From Candidatus Marinacidobacterales bacterium (lineage in GTDB: Bacteria > Acidobacteriota > Vicinamibacteria > Marinacidobacterales > SMYC01), in the NCBI GenBank assembly GCA_965224085.1, contig CBDCYI010000004.1, positions 320,001 to 384,000 of the forward strand: 64,000 nt of DNA. The letters run 5' to 3'. Every line of letters starts with the position of its first letter. Position 1 is the stretch's first letter. The position numbers and the translations under genes were made by a program. The notes beneath the pieces are model-generated. The model saw nothing but the letters and a program-made list of their open reading frames with translations. It was not told where the DNA came from and did not search any database. Below, piece by piece: positions 9,093 to 19,021 of this stretch.

Positions 9093-10090
9093 AAACCACG
9101 CGACTCGGGACGACGGGATTGGAGGTCTCCCGACTCTGTCTCGGCTGTATGACTTACGGCGACCCGAATTGGAGGCCTTGGATCCTCGGCGAAGACGAGG
9201 CTCGCACGCACTTCAAGCGCGCGCTAGAGCTCGGATTCAACTTTTTTGATACCGCGGATATGTACTCGAAAGGTGTCAGCGAAGAAGTGACGGGCAAGAT
9301 TCTAAAAGAGCTGGCGCACCGCGAGGACTATGTTCTCGCCTCGAAATGCTTCTTCCCGCTCACCAAAGGTCCCAATCGCAGCGGCCTCTCCCGCAAGCAC
9401 ATTCTCGCGGCTTGCGACGATTCTTTGAAGCGGCTCGGCCACGACTACATCGATCTCTATCAGATCCACCGCCTCGACCATCACACTCCGATGGACGAAA
9501 CTCTCGAGGCGCTCGATTCGCTCGTTCGTGCCGGCAAAGTGCGCTATTTGGGCGCGAGCAGCATGGCGGCGTGGGAGTTCGCAACGATGCTATTCCTCGC
9601 CGACGCCAACGGCTATCACCGCTTCGCCACCATGCAGAACCACTTGAACCTCGTCTACCGCGAAGAGGAGCGCGAGATGATCCCGCTTTGCCTCGAGCAA
9701 GGCGTGGGGCTGATCCCATGGAGCCCGCTCGCCCGCGGATTTCTCGCCGGCAACCGGCGGCGCGAGGCAAAGGCGGAGACGGCGCGCGGTAAAGACGATC
9801 CCTTTGCAGAGGACATGTATTGTCGCGACGAGGACTTCGACGTCGTCGACGCCGTGGTCGACGTGGCAAAGGACATTGGAAAAAAGCCGGCTCAAATAGC
9901 ACTCGCCTGGACGCTCTCCGTTCCGGGCGTGGACGCTCCCATCATCGGTAGCACCAAGATCCCGCAGCTCGAAGAGCTCGTCGAGGCTGTCGCGATCGAG
10001 CTCGACGATGAGCTCATCGAACGGCTCGAAAAGCCCTACCGGCCCCACCCCGTTCTCGGCCACCAACAACGGGGGCCGAGAGAGCTTTGA
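9089..10090 (+). CDS. Aldo/keto reductase
   Basis: Start MKTTRLG (ATGA overlap). Motifs LCLGCM, FDTADMY, DLYQIHR, GKVRYLG, PWSPLARG. Confidence 0.95.
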   Translation: MKTTRLGTTGLEVSRLCLGCMTYGDPNWRPWILGEDEARTHFKRALELGFNFFDTADMYSKGVSEEVTGKILKELAHREDYVLASKCFFPLTKGPNRSGLSRKHILAACDDSLKRLGHDYIDLYQIHRLDHHTPMDETLEALDSLVRAGKVRYLGASSMAAWEFATMLFLADANGYHRFATMQNHLNLVYREEEREMIPLCLEQGVGLIPWSPLARGFLAGNRRREAKAETARGKDDPFAEDMYCRDEDFDVVDAVVDVAKDIGKKPAQIALAWTLSVPGVDAPIIGSTKIPQLEELVEAVAIELDDELIERLEKPYRPHPVLGHQQRGPREL

Positions 10091-11214
10091 ACCGCGCGAC
10101 GGCGCTTGTCTTCCTGGGGATTGGCCCCGCGCTGGCGGTCGGCTGCGCGCCGCCGCCCGATGTCGACTGGCCTGCCTATCTCGGAGATCTCGCTTCGAGC
10201 CAATACTCGGTGCTCGATCAGATTCACGTCCAAAACGTCGGCTCCCTCGAGCTCGCGTGGCGCTACGACTCCGGTGGCGCCGACCCGGACAACCGCAGCC
10301 AAGTTCAATGCAACCCCATCATCGTGGACGGAGTTCTCTACGGGACGTCACCAGGTCTCGCGCTCTTCGCGCTCGATGCGGCTACCGGTGAAGAGCTGTG
10401 GCGCTTCGACCCTTTTGGAGGCGAGTACAGCTGGTTCGGTCTCGGCGTGAACCGCGGGGTGACGCTCTGGAACGACCGCATCCTCTATACTGCGGGCGAC
10501 AAGCTCTACGCCGTGTCTATAAAGAACGGTCAGGAGATTTTTTCAATCGACCTCCATCTCGGCTTCCCGGAACACGCGCAGCATCTATTCTTGACGTCGA
10601 ACACGCCCGGCATCATCTTCGAAGACCTTCTCATTCTCGGCCACCGTGCGGCGGAAGCGTTGCCCGCCGTTCCGGGCGACATCCGAGCTTTCGACGTCCG
10701 GACCGGCGAGCTCGTGTGGAGTTTCCACACGATCCCGCATCCGGGAGAATTCGGATATGACACGTGGCCCGAAGATGCGTGGCAGCGCTCGGGTGGCGCG
10801 AATGCGTGGGCGGGCCTGAGCCTCGATCTGGACCGCGGTATCGTTTACGTTCCGACCGGATCCGCCGCTTACGATTTCTACGGCGGCGATCGTGTCGGGC
10901 AGAACCTCTTTGCCAACACGCTCCTTGCGCTCGACGCTCGCACGGGCGAGCGGATCTGGCACTATCAATTCGTCCATCACGACATTTGGGATCGGGATCT
11001 TCCTGCACCACCCAACCTGATTCGAGTCAACGGCGTCGACGCTGTTGCGCAAATTACGAAATCCGGCCATGTCTTCGTCTTCGACCGTGAGACCGGCGAC
11101 CCGCTTTTTCCGATCGAAGAGCAACCCGTCGAAGCGTCGGATCTCGAAGGCGAGCAAGCATGGCCGACCCAAGGGCCCGGGCAAGAGGCGCCGACCGAGC
11201 GTTCGTCGGCTTAG
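10087..11214 (+). pseudogene. PQQ-dependent (glucose dehydrogenase-like) quinoprotein, C-terminally truncated
   Basis: Lipoprotein signal, PQQ beta-propeller repeats, GGANAW, HHDIWDRD. Homology stops at EQAWPTQ (about 11170), roughly half the usual length. Confidence 0.8.
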
Positions 11215-11589
11215 AATGTCGTAGATGCCGCGGATGCGCGCGTCTCCAGCTTTTGGCCCACGTCGCCCGGGTCCGGCGCATCGAGAATGGCGCGCACGAA
11301 TTGCAACAAGCGCGCTCCAGTAAACGGCTTCTCCAACAGGCGCGTACGATCTACGGGCATCTTGTCGTGCGAGAACGCGTCGTTGACGTAGCCCGAGATG
11401 AACAGGAATTTCAAGGACGCGTGCAAGGGCGTCATGCGCTCCACGAGTTGGGGGCCGCTCACACCTGGCATCACGACGTCTGTGACAAGAAGGTCGATCG
11501 TGGTCGTCTCGGCGATCTCGAGCGCCGTGGCCGCGCGGCTTGCTTCGAGCACCTGATAACCCGCGGATTCCAGGATCGTTCGGGCTAGC

Positions 11590-13590
11590 CCATGTTTACC
11601 CTTTATGGGCACCCTAACGCTCGTAAGTGACTGAATTCAAAGGAACGGGGGTTGAATTTTGCCCAAAACGTAGAGACAGATATTGTGCTTTGAGCGCCAT
11701 TAATACGTTGTAATCGTGGACAATGATATGTAGTATGCGTGAGGACAGGTTATGTTCTTCCGCATCGTTCGGGCCGCAGGCGGCAAAGGGGTTCAACATG
11801 AGTATGTCCGCCTGGTCGAGTCGTATCGGGAGCACGGCAAGCCGAAGCAACGCGTAGTGTGCAACTTGGGGCGCAAGGATCTCCTAGTTGCCAATCTCGA
11901 CTCCCTCAATCGGTTGCTTGGGGCCGGTGAACCGGCCGACACCGAGCGAGCAGCCGAGCAGATCGCGGGGGCAGACGCGTGGGATTGGGGTCCGATGGTG
12001 GTGACGGCGACGCTGTGGCGCGAGCTCGGACTGGAGCAGATTCTCGACCGGCTCGGAGGCCGCGGCAAGCGCGACGGAGTGGCGCTAAGCGAGCGAGCTT
12101 TGGTGCTGGTCGCCAACCGGCTATGTGCTCCGTCAAGCGAGCACGGTCTGGCGCGCTGGCTCGAGACCGACTTCGTCTGCGACCGGCAGGGGCGGCGGTG
12201 GGTGCCGCAGTGGCGCGATGATGGGGAGCGGCGAGCGAGTCGCTCCCCGCGGGTTCGCGTGGAGTTTTGCCAACTCAAGCAATGGTACCGAACGCTCGAC
12301 CAGCTGCATGCCCGCAAAGAACAGATCGAGAAAGAGCTGTTTTTGCGCTTGCGGGATCTGTTTTCGCTTGAGGTTGACATGGTGTTTTACGACCTGACGT
12401 CGACGTACTTCGAAGGTCAAGGCCCTCCGGGGCTCGGCGCCCACGGCTACAGTCGCGACCGCAGACCGCGTAACCGGCAAGTGCTTGTCGGTCTGGTGAT
12501 GGTGGACGGTTGGCCGATCGCCCACCATGTTTTCGCCGGCAACTGGCGTGACGCGAAAACGGTGCCGCAGGTGCTCAACGATCTCAACGAACGATTCGGT
12601 TTGCACCGCGTGGTTTTTGTCGGCGACCGAGGGATGGTAACGAGCGACAGCCTGGCGGTGGTGCGCTCGCGCAAGCAGGGCTATCTCGTCGGGCTGCAAA
12701 GACGACGGCGCGAGGAGGTCTATCGTTACATCGAGCGCGCCAGCGGAGAGTGGATCGACTGCCCTGGTGGCATCACGGTGAGCGAAAAAGCCGAGCCACC
12801 TAAGACTCGTGTGCAAGAAGTCCGCTCCGAGCAGTCTGGCGTGCGCATCTTCGTCGTTCACAGCGACGAAAGGCTCGCCTACGAGCGCGGGCAGAGGCTG
12901 CGGGCCATGGGACGTGCCCGTGCGGCATTCGAGGCCCTTGAGCGCCGCGTGCGCGAGGGACGATTGAAAGCCCCCGAGAAAATCGGTGCCGCCGCCGCGC
13001 GCATACAGGCACGCCACCACGGTCACCGTTACTACGACTGGGAGTACAAAAACGCTCGCTTCCGCTTCTTCGAGCACCCGGTCAACCTCAAGCGCGAGCA
13101 AGCCTACGAGGGTAAGTACGTTATTCAAACCGAGGAGCAAAACCTCTCTCCGGTCGACGCCGTGCGCCTTTACAAGGACCTAAACGAGGTCGAGCGAGCC
13201 TTCTCATGCCTTAAGGATGTCATTGAGATGCGTCCCGTTTACCACCAGACCGATGAGCGTGTGGAGGCACATCTTTTCGTAGCTACGCTGGCCTTCCTTG
13301 TGCATCGGGCTCTTGAGAAAAAGCTCAAGGTCGCCGAACTCGACCTGTCCGCAACCGAGGCACTACAAGCGCTACGCTCGGTCCGGCTCGTCGACTTACA
13401 GCTGGGTTCTGGGCGGACCAAGCGCGTCGTCACGCGCGGCACCGCTCGCGCCAACTCGATCCTGACTGCACTCGGAATCGTTGAACGCGACCCGCCAGCC
13501 TTCTCCGAGGAGGTGCTGTCAGCGTAGAGACAAACCGCGGATCTCAGTCCTTTGTTTATGATGACTTAGAGACCTAAAAGGGAAACATGG
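11590..13590 (+). mobile_element. IS1634-family insertion sequence, 2001 bp
   Basis: Imperfect IRs CCATGTTTACCCTTTATGG / CCATGTTTCCCTTTTAGG. Direct repeat GCTAGC at 11584-11589 and 13591-13596 (or CTAG if the IR is 1 bp longer). Excision restores VRELARTI. Confidence 0.92.
11752..13527 (+). CDS. IS1634-family DDE transposase
   Basis: YVRLVESYR, FYDLTSTYFEG, GYSRDRRP, VGDRGM, YKDLNEVERAF, RPVYHQ; 591 aa. Confidence 0.95.
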   Translation: MFFRIVRAAGGKGVQHEYVRLVESYREHGKPKQRVVCNLGRKDLLVANLDSLNRLLGAGEPADTERAAEQIAGADAWDWGPMVVTATLWRELGLEQILDRLGGRGKRDGVALSERALVLVANRLCAPSSEHGLARWLETDFVCDRQGRRWVPQWRDDGERRASRSPRVRVEFCQLKQWYRTLDQLHARKEQIEKELFLRLRDLFSLEVDMVFYDLTSTYFEGQGPPGLGAHGYSRDRRPRNRQVLVGLVMVDGWPIAHHVFAGNWRDAKTVPQVLNDLNERFGLHRVVFVGDRGMVTSDSLAVVRSRKQGYLVGLQRRRREEVYRYIERASGEWIDCPGGITVSEKAEPPKTRVQEVRSEQSGVRIFVVHSDERLAYERGQRLRAMGRARAAFEALERRVREGRLKAPEKIGAAAARIQARHHGHRYYDWEYKNARFRFFEHPVNLKREQAYEGKYVIQTEEQNLSPVDAVRLYKDLNEVERAFSCLKDVIEMRPVYHQTDERVEAHLFVATLAFLVHRALEKKLKVAELDLSATEALQALRSVRLVDLQLGSGRTKRVVTRGTARANSILTALGIVERDPPAFSEEVLSA

Positions 13591-13716
13591 GCTAGCTCTC
13601 GCACCCCGTCGTCGTCTTCCACGAGCAAGATCGTCTCTCGCCCGTCCAAAATCGGCGTCGCGACCGCCGCCTCGTCTGAAAGCTCCGCGACGGTATGTTC
13701 CGCGTGCGGCAAGCGC

Positions 13717-13967
13717 TCCCCCGCCGCTCTGAGTCACGATGCCGTATACGGTCGAAAGGCCCAACCCCGTCCCTGCTCCCGGTGCTTTCGTGGTGAAGAA
13801 CGGGTCGAAGATTTGCGGCAAGCGCACGCGAAACGTCGAGCCCGCAAGCGGTTGACTCGACGCGACGATTCCCCCGCCGCTCTGAGTCACGATGCCGTAT
13901 ACGGTCGAAAGGCCCAACCCCGTCCCTGCTCCCGGTGCTTTCGTGGTGAAGAACGGGTCGAAGATTT
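13717..13967. repeat. 98-bp direct repeat (13717-13814 = 13870-13967)
   Basis: The two segments are identical; the extra copy is flanked by TGCGGCAAGCGC at 13705-13716 and 13814-13825. Confidence 0.9.
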
Positions 13968-15644
13968 TCTGTAGGGTTTCGGCATCCATGCCGTCCCCGG
14001 TATCACTCACCGCGATCTCCGCCGAGGTCTGCACACTGGACGGCAACGCGTTCTCCCCGTCGACATCCACGCTGCGTGTCGCGATCTTCAACCGTCCACC
14101 GCGTGGCATGGCATCGCGAGCGTTGACGACTAGGTTCATGATGACCTGTTCGATCTGACCCGGGTCCGCCTTGACGGGCTTCAGGTCCGAGGCGAGATCG
14201 ATGACGAGCGTGACATCTTCCGAGATGAGGCGTTCGAGCAAGCCTCTCATTTCGGCGATGACCGCGTTCAGGTCGATGACCCTTGGTTGCAGCACTTGCT
14301 TGCGGCTGAAAGCGAGGAGCTGGCTCGTGAGCGAGGCGGCGCGCCGACCGGCTTTGGCGATTTGCTCTATCTGGCGTTCGGCCGCCTTTCCTTTCCGTGC
14401 CGATAAGAGCTCGCAATAGCCGAGAATGGTGGTCAGGAGATTGTTGAAGTCATGGGCGATACCGCCCGCGAGCTGCCCTATTCCCTCCATTCGCTGGGAC
14501 TGTCGCATGTGTTCTTCGTTCTCACGAAGCGCGATCTCCGCCTTTTCTCGAGCGATCTGGTGCTCACGGCGGTGGTGCTCGGCCTCACGCAAGTCCGTCG
14601 AAAAGGCGGCCACCTCGACCGCGAGCTCACCGAGCTCGTCCCGACGCTCGAGCGGCAGCGAGGTCGAGAGCTCGCGCGTCTCACGCAGATCAACGACCGC
14701 GTGGCGCAACTGCACGAGTGGCCGAACGAGAGCACGGTCGGTGGCGATGCCGATGAGAACCAGCCCTACCGCCATCGCGAGCAAGAAAAAGACGGAGAGC
14801 GCCAGAAAAGCGCGGTTCTATGTATCGGTGATATCGCTGTCTTGAGTCAGCCGGAAACTTGCGACCTGGTCTCCTTCGAAGTTCGTGAGTCGCGCGATGG
14901 TGGCCGAGCGCGTCTGCAGCTGCGGCTCGGCCGAGCGATCCGCCTCTTCGAAAACGAGCTCGACAGTGCCGCCGGGCGTGGCCGTCGCGTCTTTCAGGAA
15001 AGCATCCGTGATCCGCCATCCCAGGATCAGCGCGCCGTGGCCGGGCGGTACGAAACGTCCCGTACCCGAGCGCTCAATAGTGCCTGCCGTGAGCCAGATG
15101 GCGCCTCCGGCGCTAAGCCAGAGCATGTCGGTGTCGGGCCGCTCGAAACCCAGTCTCACGGGCGGCAAATCGCGAACGTTCTTGCCGCGCTCGAACACGC
15201 CTGTGGGAGCCTCCGAGTAGACGACATTACCGTCCCTGTCGACAACCACGAGGACATCGAACACATTCGTGTTAAGGAGCCAATCGAGGTTGCCCTGCTC
15301 CCAACCGGGTTCCGGGTGCTCGATGTAATCCACGAGCTCGTCCCAGAGGGCAAAGTTGACGAGCCAAACGCTTAGCATCGAGCGCCGCTCGTCGAGACGC
15401 TCCTGCGCACGCTGGACTTGGCTCTTCCAGATCGTGTCCGATTGACGGGAAATGGCCCGACTTGCCAACGCGACGAGCATGACGGCGCATCCTGTGACGA
15501 CCACTAGCCCGGGCATCGCCCACGCAAAGAGTCTGCGACGTATCGAACGCGTTGACATCGGATTTGAGGCGGTCGTGAATGAGCAATTCTAACGCGGCTG
15601 AGCTCCCGATGCGAGCGCCCCCGACTCTGATCGAAGTTTAGCTA

Positions 15645-17328
15645 GTTCCTGTCCAGAAACACCATAACTTGTGGTGTACGAGAGGCCTATCGAAGATGTG
15701 GGTATTATACGTTTTCAGCCGGCACCTCGTAGGCTCGGAAGCGAATGAAAATCTTGGACGAAACGAGAGGCGAATCGTCAGCAATCCATGGCTATAAACG
15801 CAGTAAGAGCAATCATTATTATCGTAATAGGTGCCTTGCCATTACCAACAGGTTGCAGGTGATGATGGAACTCCATACGTAGGATTTGAAAGAAGGCAAT
15901 GAGCGCCATGTGCATCGGTCGAGACCAAAGACTCGTTTCAAGAACGAAATGACGCCTTCGATTCCGCAGCGAAATCGCCGTAGGCGTTGATAGACCCAGG
16001 AACTCTTGACCATATCGGTCACCGCGAAGTGAGCCTTGGTAAAGGCAACATCTTCAACTCCCTTGCCTTTGATGGCTTCCAAGTTTGCCTTTGAAGAAAA
16101 CGCGCCATCGTAGGCAACCTGGCGCGGGGCCCGTTCGTAGAGTTCGACTTGACGGTCGATCATGGTTTCCGCGAGAGTTGAATCGGACGGATTCCCATCC
16201 AAGATCACGCAATCCAAAATCATCGAGGACGAGCCACCAGTCAAACACACCTTGTGACCGTAGAGAGTCTCGCGCCGGTCTTTGCGAATAATGTCGGTGT
16301 GTTCTTCGAAGATCGAAACGACCTTTTCCTCCGCAGGCACACGCTCTTCATCAATCACTCTACGCCGAGTTTGGTTGATGACTTTTTCGGTGAGGACGAG
16401 AAAGTGCTTAAAATCCGCGGCGATCTTCTCCGCACTCGCTCGCTTCACCGGCTCGGTCAAGCCGGACTCGTCCAACTGGTCTGCAACGCGTTGAGCGGAG
16501 CGATAGGTTTCTTCCGACACCTTCAGTAGATCTCGATAGACGCGACGCCTTTGTTCCTTATCCTTCGCGTTTAGAACTCCCAGTCGACGTCTCTCCGCTC
16601 GACGCGTTCGATTGCCGAAGACCACTACTGTACCCAGCAGTTCGCGAGTTCGGCACATGAGGCGAGTGAGAACTCGGACGCAGTCATAAAGAAGCTCGGA
16701 GTCCGTAGGAGAATGAATATTCGACTCCACTACCGTGCAGTCCACTCGTACTTTTCTTCCTTTTTCGATCGCGGTCTTCTCGGCAACACTCACCAACTCT
16801 CGGTTGATTTTCTCCAGCGTTTCGAACTTCACGGCTTTGATGTTTGCTGCTAGGGTCGACTTCGACGGGCTCGGCTCTATGATGCCGAGCTGGCAAAACG
16901 TCCGATAGCTTCGAGAGTCTGCCAAGTGAAACGCCAGCTCCCGATAGGTGAACTGATTCAGCTGCTTGACCAACAACGCCCGGAGAACCTGCTCCGCGCT
17001 CATTCCCCCACGACCAACATCGCTCCCTGCCGATGGGGTGACCGACCTCAGGTCTTGCAGTACCAGCTCATTGAGCTTAGGATGGGCATCGAGCACCGAC
17101 GAGATCGCTTCGAGTTCGCGTGCGTGCTCCAGCTCCAGCCAGGGCTCGCATAGGCTTGGTTGTGGAATGATTGTTTTTCGCATTTAGGGCTGGTCTCCTT
17201 TGGAGTTAAGTCGTTTAGAATCTGCGTTTTTGTCGACTCGATACTAAACGACACTCCCTCAGAAGGCTAGCCCTAAATTTGCGATTACCCCTTTTTTCTC
17301 AACCTCTTACACCTGTCAGGACGGGTAC
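15645..17328 (-). mobile_element. ISNCY-family (ISDol1-like) IS, copy 1, 1684 bp
   Basis: Ends GTTCCTGTCCAGAAA...TGTCAGGACGGGTAC (imperfect IR); TAGCTA at 15639-15644 and 17329-17334. Confidence 0.92.
15819..17183 (-). CDS. ISNCY-family DDE transposase
   Basis: 454 aa; RVDCTVVESNIHSPTDS, KVVSIFEEHTDII, YDGAF, RFRCGIEGVISFLKR. Confidence 0.92.
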   Translation of the reverse strand: MRKTIIPQPSLCEPWLELEHARELEAISSVLDAHPKLNELVLQDLRSVTPSAGSDVGRGGMSAEQVLRALLVKQLNQFTYRELAFHLADSRSYRTFCQLGIIEPSPSKSTLAANIKAVKFETLEKINRELVSVAEKTAIEKGRKVRVDCTVVESNIHSPTDSELLYDCVRVLTRLMCRTRELLGTVVVFGNRTRRAERRRLGVLNAKDKEQRRRVYRDLLKVSEETYRSAQRVADQLDESGLTEPVKRASAEKIAADFKHFLVLTEKVINQTRRRVIDEERVPAEEKVVSIFEEHTDIIRKDRRETLYGHKVCLTGGSSSMILDCVILDGNPSDSTLAETMIDRQVELYERAPRQVAYDGAFSSKANLEAIKGKGVEDVAFTKAHFAVTDMVKSSWVYQRLRRFRCGIEGVISFLKRVFGLDRCTWRSLPSFKSYVWSSIITCNLLVMARHLLR

Positions 17329-17334
17329 TAGCTA

Positions 17335-19018
17335 GTTCCTGTCCAGAAACACCATAACTTGTGGTGTACGAGAGGCCTATCGAAGATGTGGGTATTATAC
17401 GTTTTCAGCCGGCACCTCGTAGGCTCGGAAGCGAATGAAAATCTTGGACGAAACGAGAGGCGAATCGTCAGCAATCCATGGCTATAAACGCAGTAAGAGT
17501 AATCATTATTATCGTAATAGGTGCCTTGCCATTACCAACAGGTTGCAGGTGATGATGGAACTCCATACGTAGGATTTGAAAGAAGGCAATGAGCGCCATG
17601 TGCATCGGTCGAGACCAAAGACTCGTTTCAAGAACGAAATGACGCCTTCGATTCCGCAGCGAAATCGCCGTAGGCGTTGATAGACCCAGGAACTCTTGAC
17701 CATATCGGTCACCGCGAAGTGAGCCTTGGTAAAGGCAACATCTTCAACTCCCTTGCCTTTGATGGCTTCCAAGTTTGCCTTTGAAGAAAACGCGCCATCG
17801 TAGGCAACCTGGCGCGGGGCCCGTTCGTAGAGTTCGACTTGACGGTCGATCATGGTTTCCGCGAGAGTTGAATCGGACGGATTCCCATCCAAGATCACGC
17901 AATCCAAAATCATCGAGGACGAGCCACCAGTCAAACACACCTTGTGACCGTAGAGAGTCTCGCGCCGGTCTTTGCGAATAATGTCGGTGTGTTCTTCGAA
18001 GATCGAAACGACCTTTTCCTCCGCAGGCACACGCTCTTCATCAATCACTCTACGCCGAGTTTGGTTGATGACTTTTTCGGTGAGGACGAGAAAGTGCTTA
18101 AAATCCGCGGCGATCTTCTCCGCACTCGCTCGCTTCACCGGCTCGGTCAAGCCGGACTCGTCCAACTGGTCTGCAACGCGTTGAGCGGAGCGATAGGTTT
18201 CTTCCGACACCTTCAGTAGATCTCGATAGACGCGACGCCTTTGTTCCTTATCCTTCGCGTTTAGAACTCCCAGTCGACGTCTCTTCGCTCGACGCGTTCG
18301 ATTGCCGAAGACCACTACTGTACCCAGCAGTTCGCGAGTTCGGCACATGAGGCGAGTGAGAACTCGGACGCAGTCATAAAGAAGCTCGGAGTCCGTAGGA
18401 GAATGAATATTCGACTCCACTACCGTGCAGTCCACTCGTACTTTTCTTCCTTTTTCGATCGCGGTCTTCTCGGCAACACTCACCAACTCTCGGTTGATTT
18501 TCTCCAGCGTTTCGAACTTCACGGCTTTGATGTTTGCTGCTAGGGTCGACTTCGACGGGCTCGGCTCTATGATGCCGAGCTGGCAAAACGTCCGATAGCT
18601 TCGAGAGTCTGCCAAGTGAAACGCCAGCTCCCGATAGGTGAACTGATTCAGCTGCTTGACCAACAACGCCCGGAGAACCTGCTCCGCGCTCATTCCCCCA
18701 CGACCAACATCGCTCCCTGCCGATGGGGTGACCGACCTCAGGTCTTGCAGTACCAGCTCATTCAGCTTAGGATGGGCATCGAGCAGCGATGATATCGTTT
18801 CGAGCTCGCGTGCGTGCTCCAGCTCCAGCCAGGGCTCGCGAAGGCTTGGTTGTGGGTTGATCGTTTTTCGCATTTAGGGCTGGTCTCCTTTGGAGTTAAG
18901 TCGTTTAGAATCTGCGTTTTTGTCGACTCGATACTAAACGACACTCCCTCAGAAGGCTAGCCCTAAATTTGCGATTACCCCTTTTTTCTCAACCTCTTAC
19001 ACCTGTCAGGACGGGTAC
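17335..19018 (-). mobile_element. ISNCY-family IS, copy 2 (tandem with copy 1)
   Basis: Same ends; TAGCTA at 17329-17334 and 19019-19024. Confidence 0.92.
17509..18873 (-). CDS. ISNCY-family DDE transposase
   Basis: 454 aa, near-identical to copy 1. Confidence 0.92.
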   Translation of the reverse strand: MRKTINPQPSLREPWLELEHARELETISSLLDAHPKLNELVLQDLRSVTPSAGSDVGRGGMSAEQVLRALLVKQLNQFTYRELAFHLADSRSYRTFCQLGIIEPSPSKSTLAANIKAVKFETLEKINRELVSVAEKTAIEKGRKVRVDCTVVESNIHSPTDSELLYDCVRVLTRLMCRTRELLGTVVVFGNRTRRAKRRRLGVLNAKDKEQRRRVYRDLLKVSEETYRSAQRVADQLDESGLTEPVKRASAEKIAADFKHFLVLTEKVINQTRRRVIDEERVPAEEKVVSIFEEHTDIIRKDRRETLYGHKVCLTGGSSSMILDCVILDGNPSDSTLAETMIDRQVELYERAPRQVAYDGAFSSKANLEAIKGKGVEDVAFTKAHFAVTDMVKSSWVYQRLRRFRCGIEGVISFLKRVFGLDRCTWRSLPSFKSYVWSSIITCNLLVMARHLLR

Positions 19019-19021
19019 TAG

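Larger units (their letters stand above)
11211..15558 (-). pseudogene. Hybrid sensor histidine kinase (CHASE4-HAMP-HisKA-HATPase-REC), triply disrupted
   Basis: [61 protein letters not shown]. Lesions: in-frame TAG at 14818-14820, 109-bp templated insertion/duplication at about 13717-13825, IS1634 in the REC domain. Confidence 0.9.

Noticed and set aside
14818-14820. Stop-codon recoding or readthrough explaining in-frame stops
   Set aside because: All three stop types occur, mostly in genes with other lesions, and TAG/TAA/TGA terminate normal genes here.
15645-15818. Guide-RNA role for the 170-bp non-coding end of the ISNCY element
   Set aside because: It has small hairpins, but the targets share only a 6-bp motif that a DDE transposase can read directly; no complementarity to the flanks was seen.
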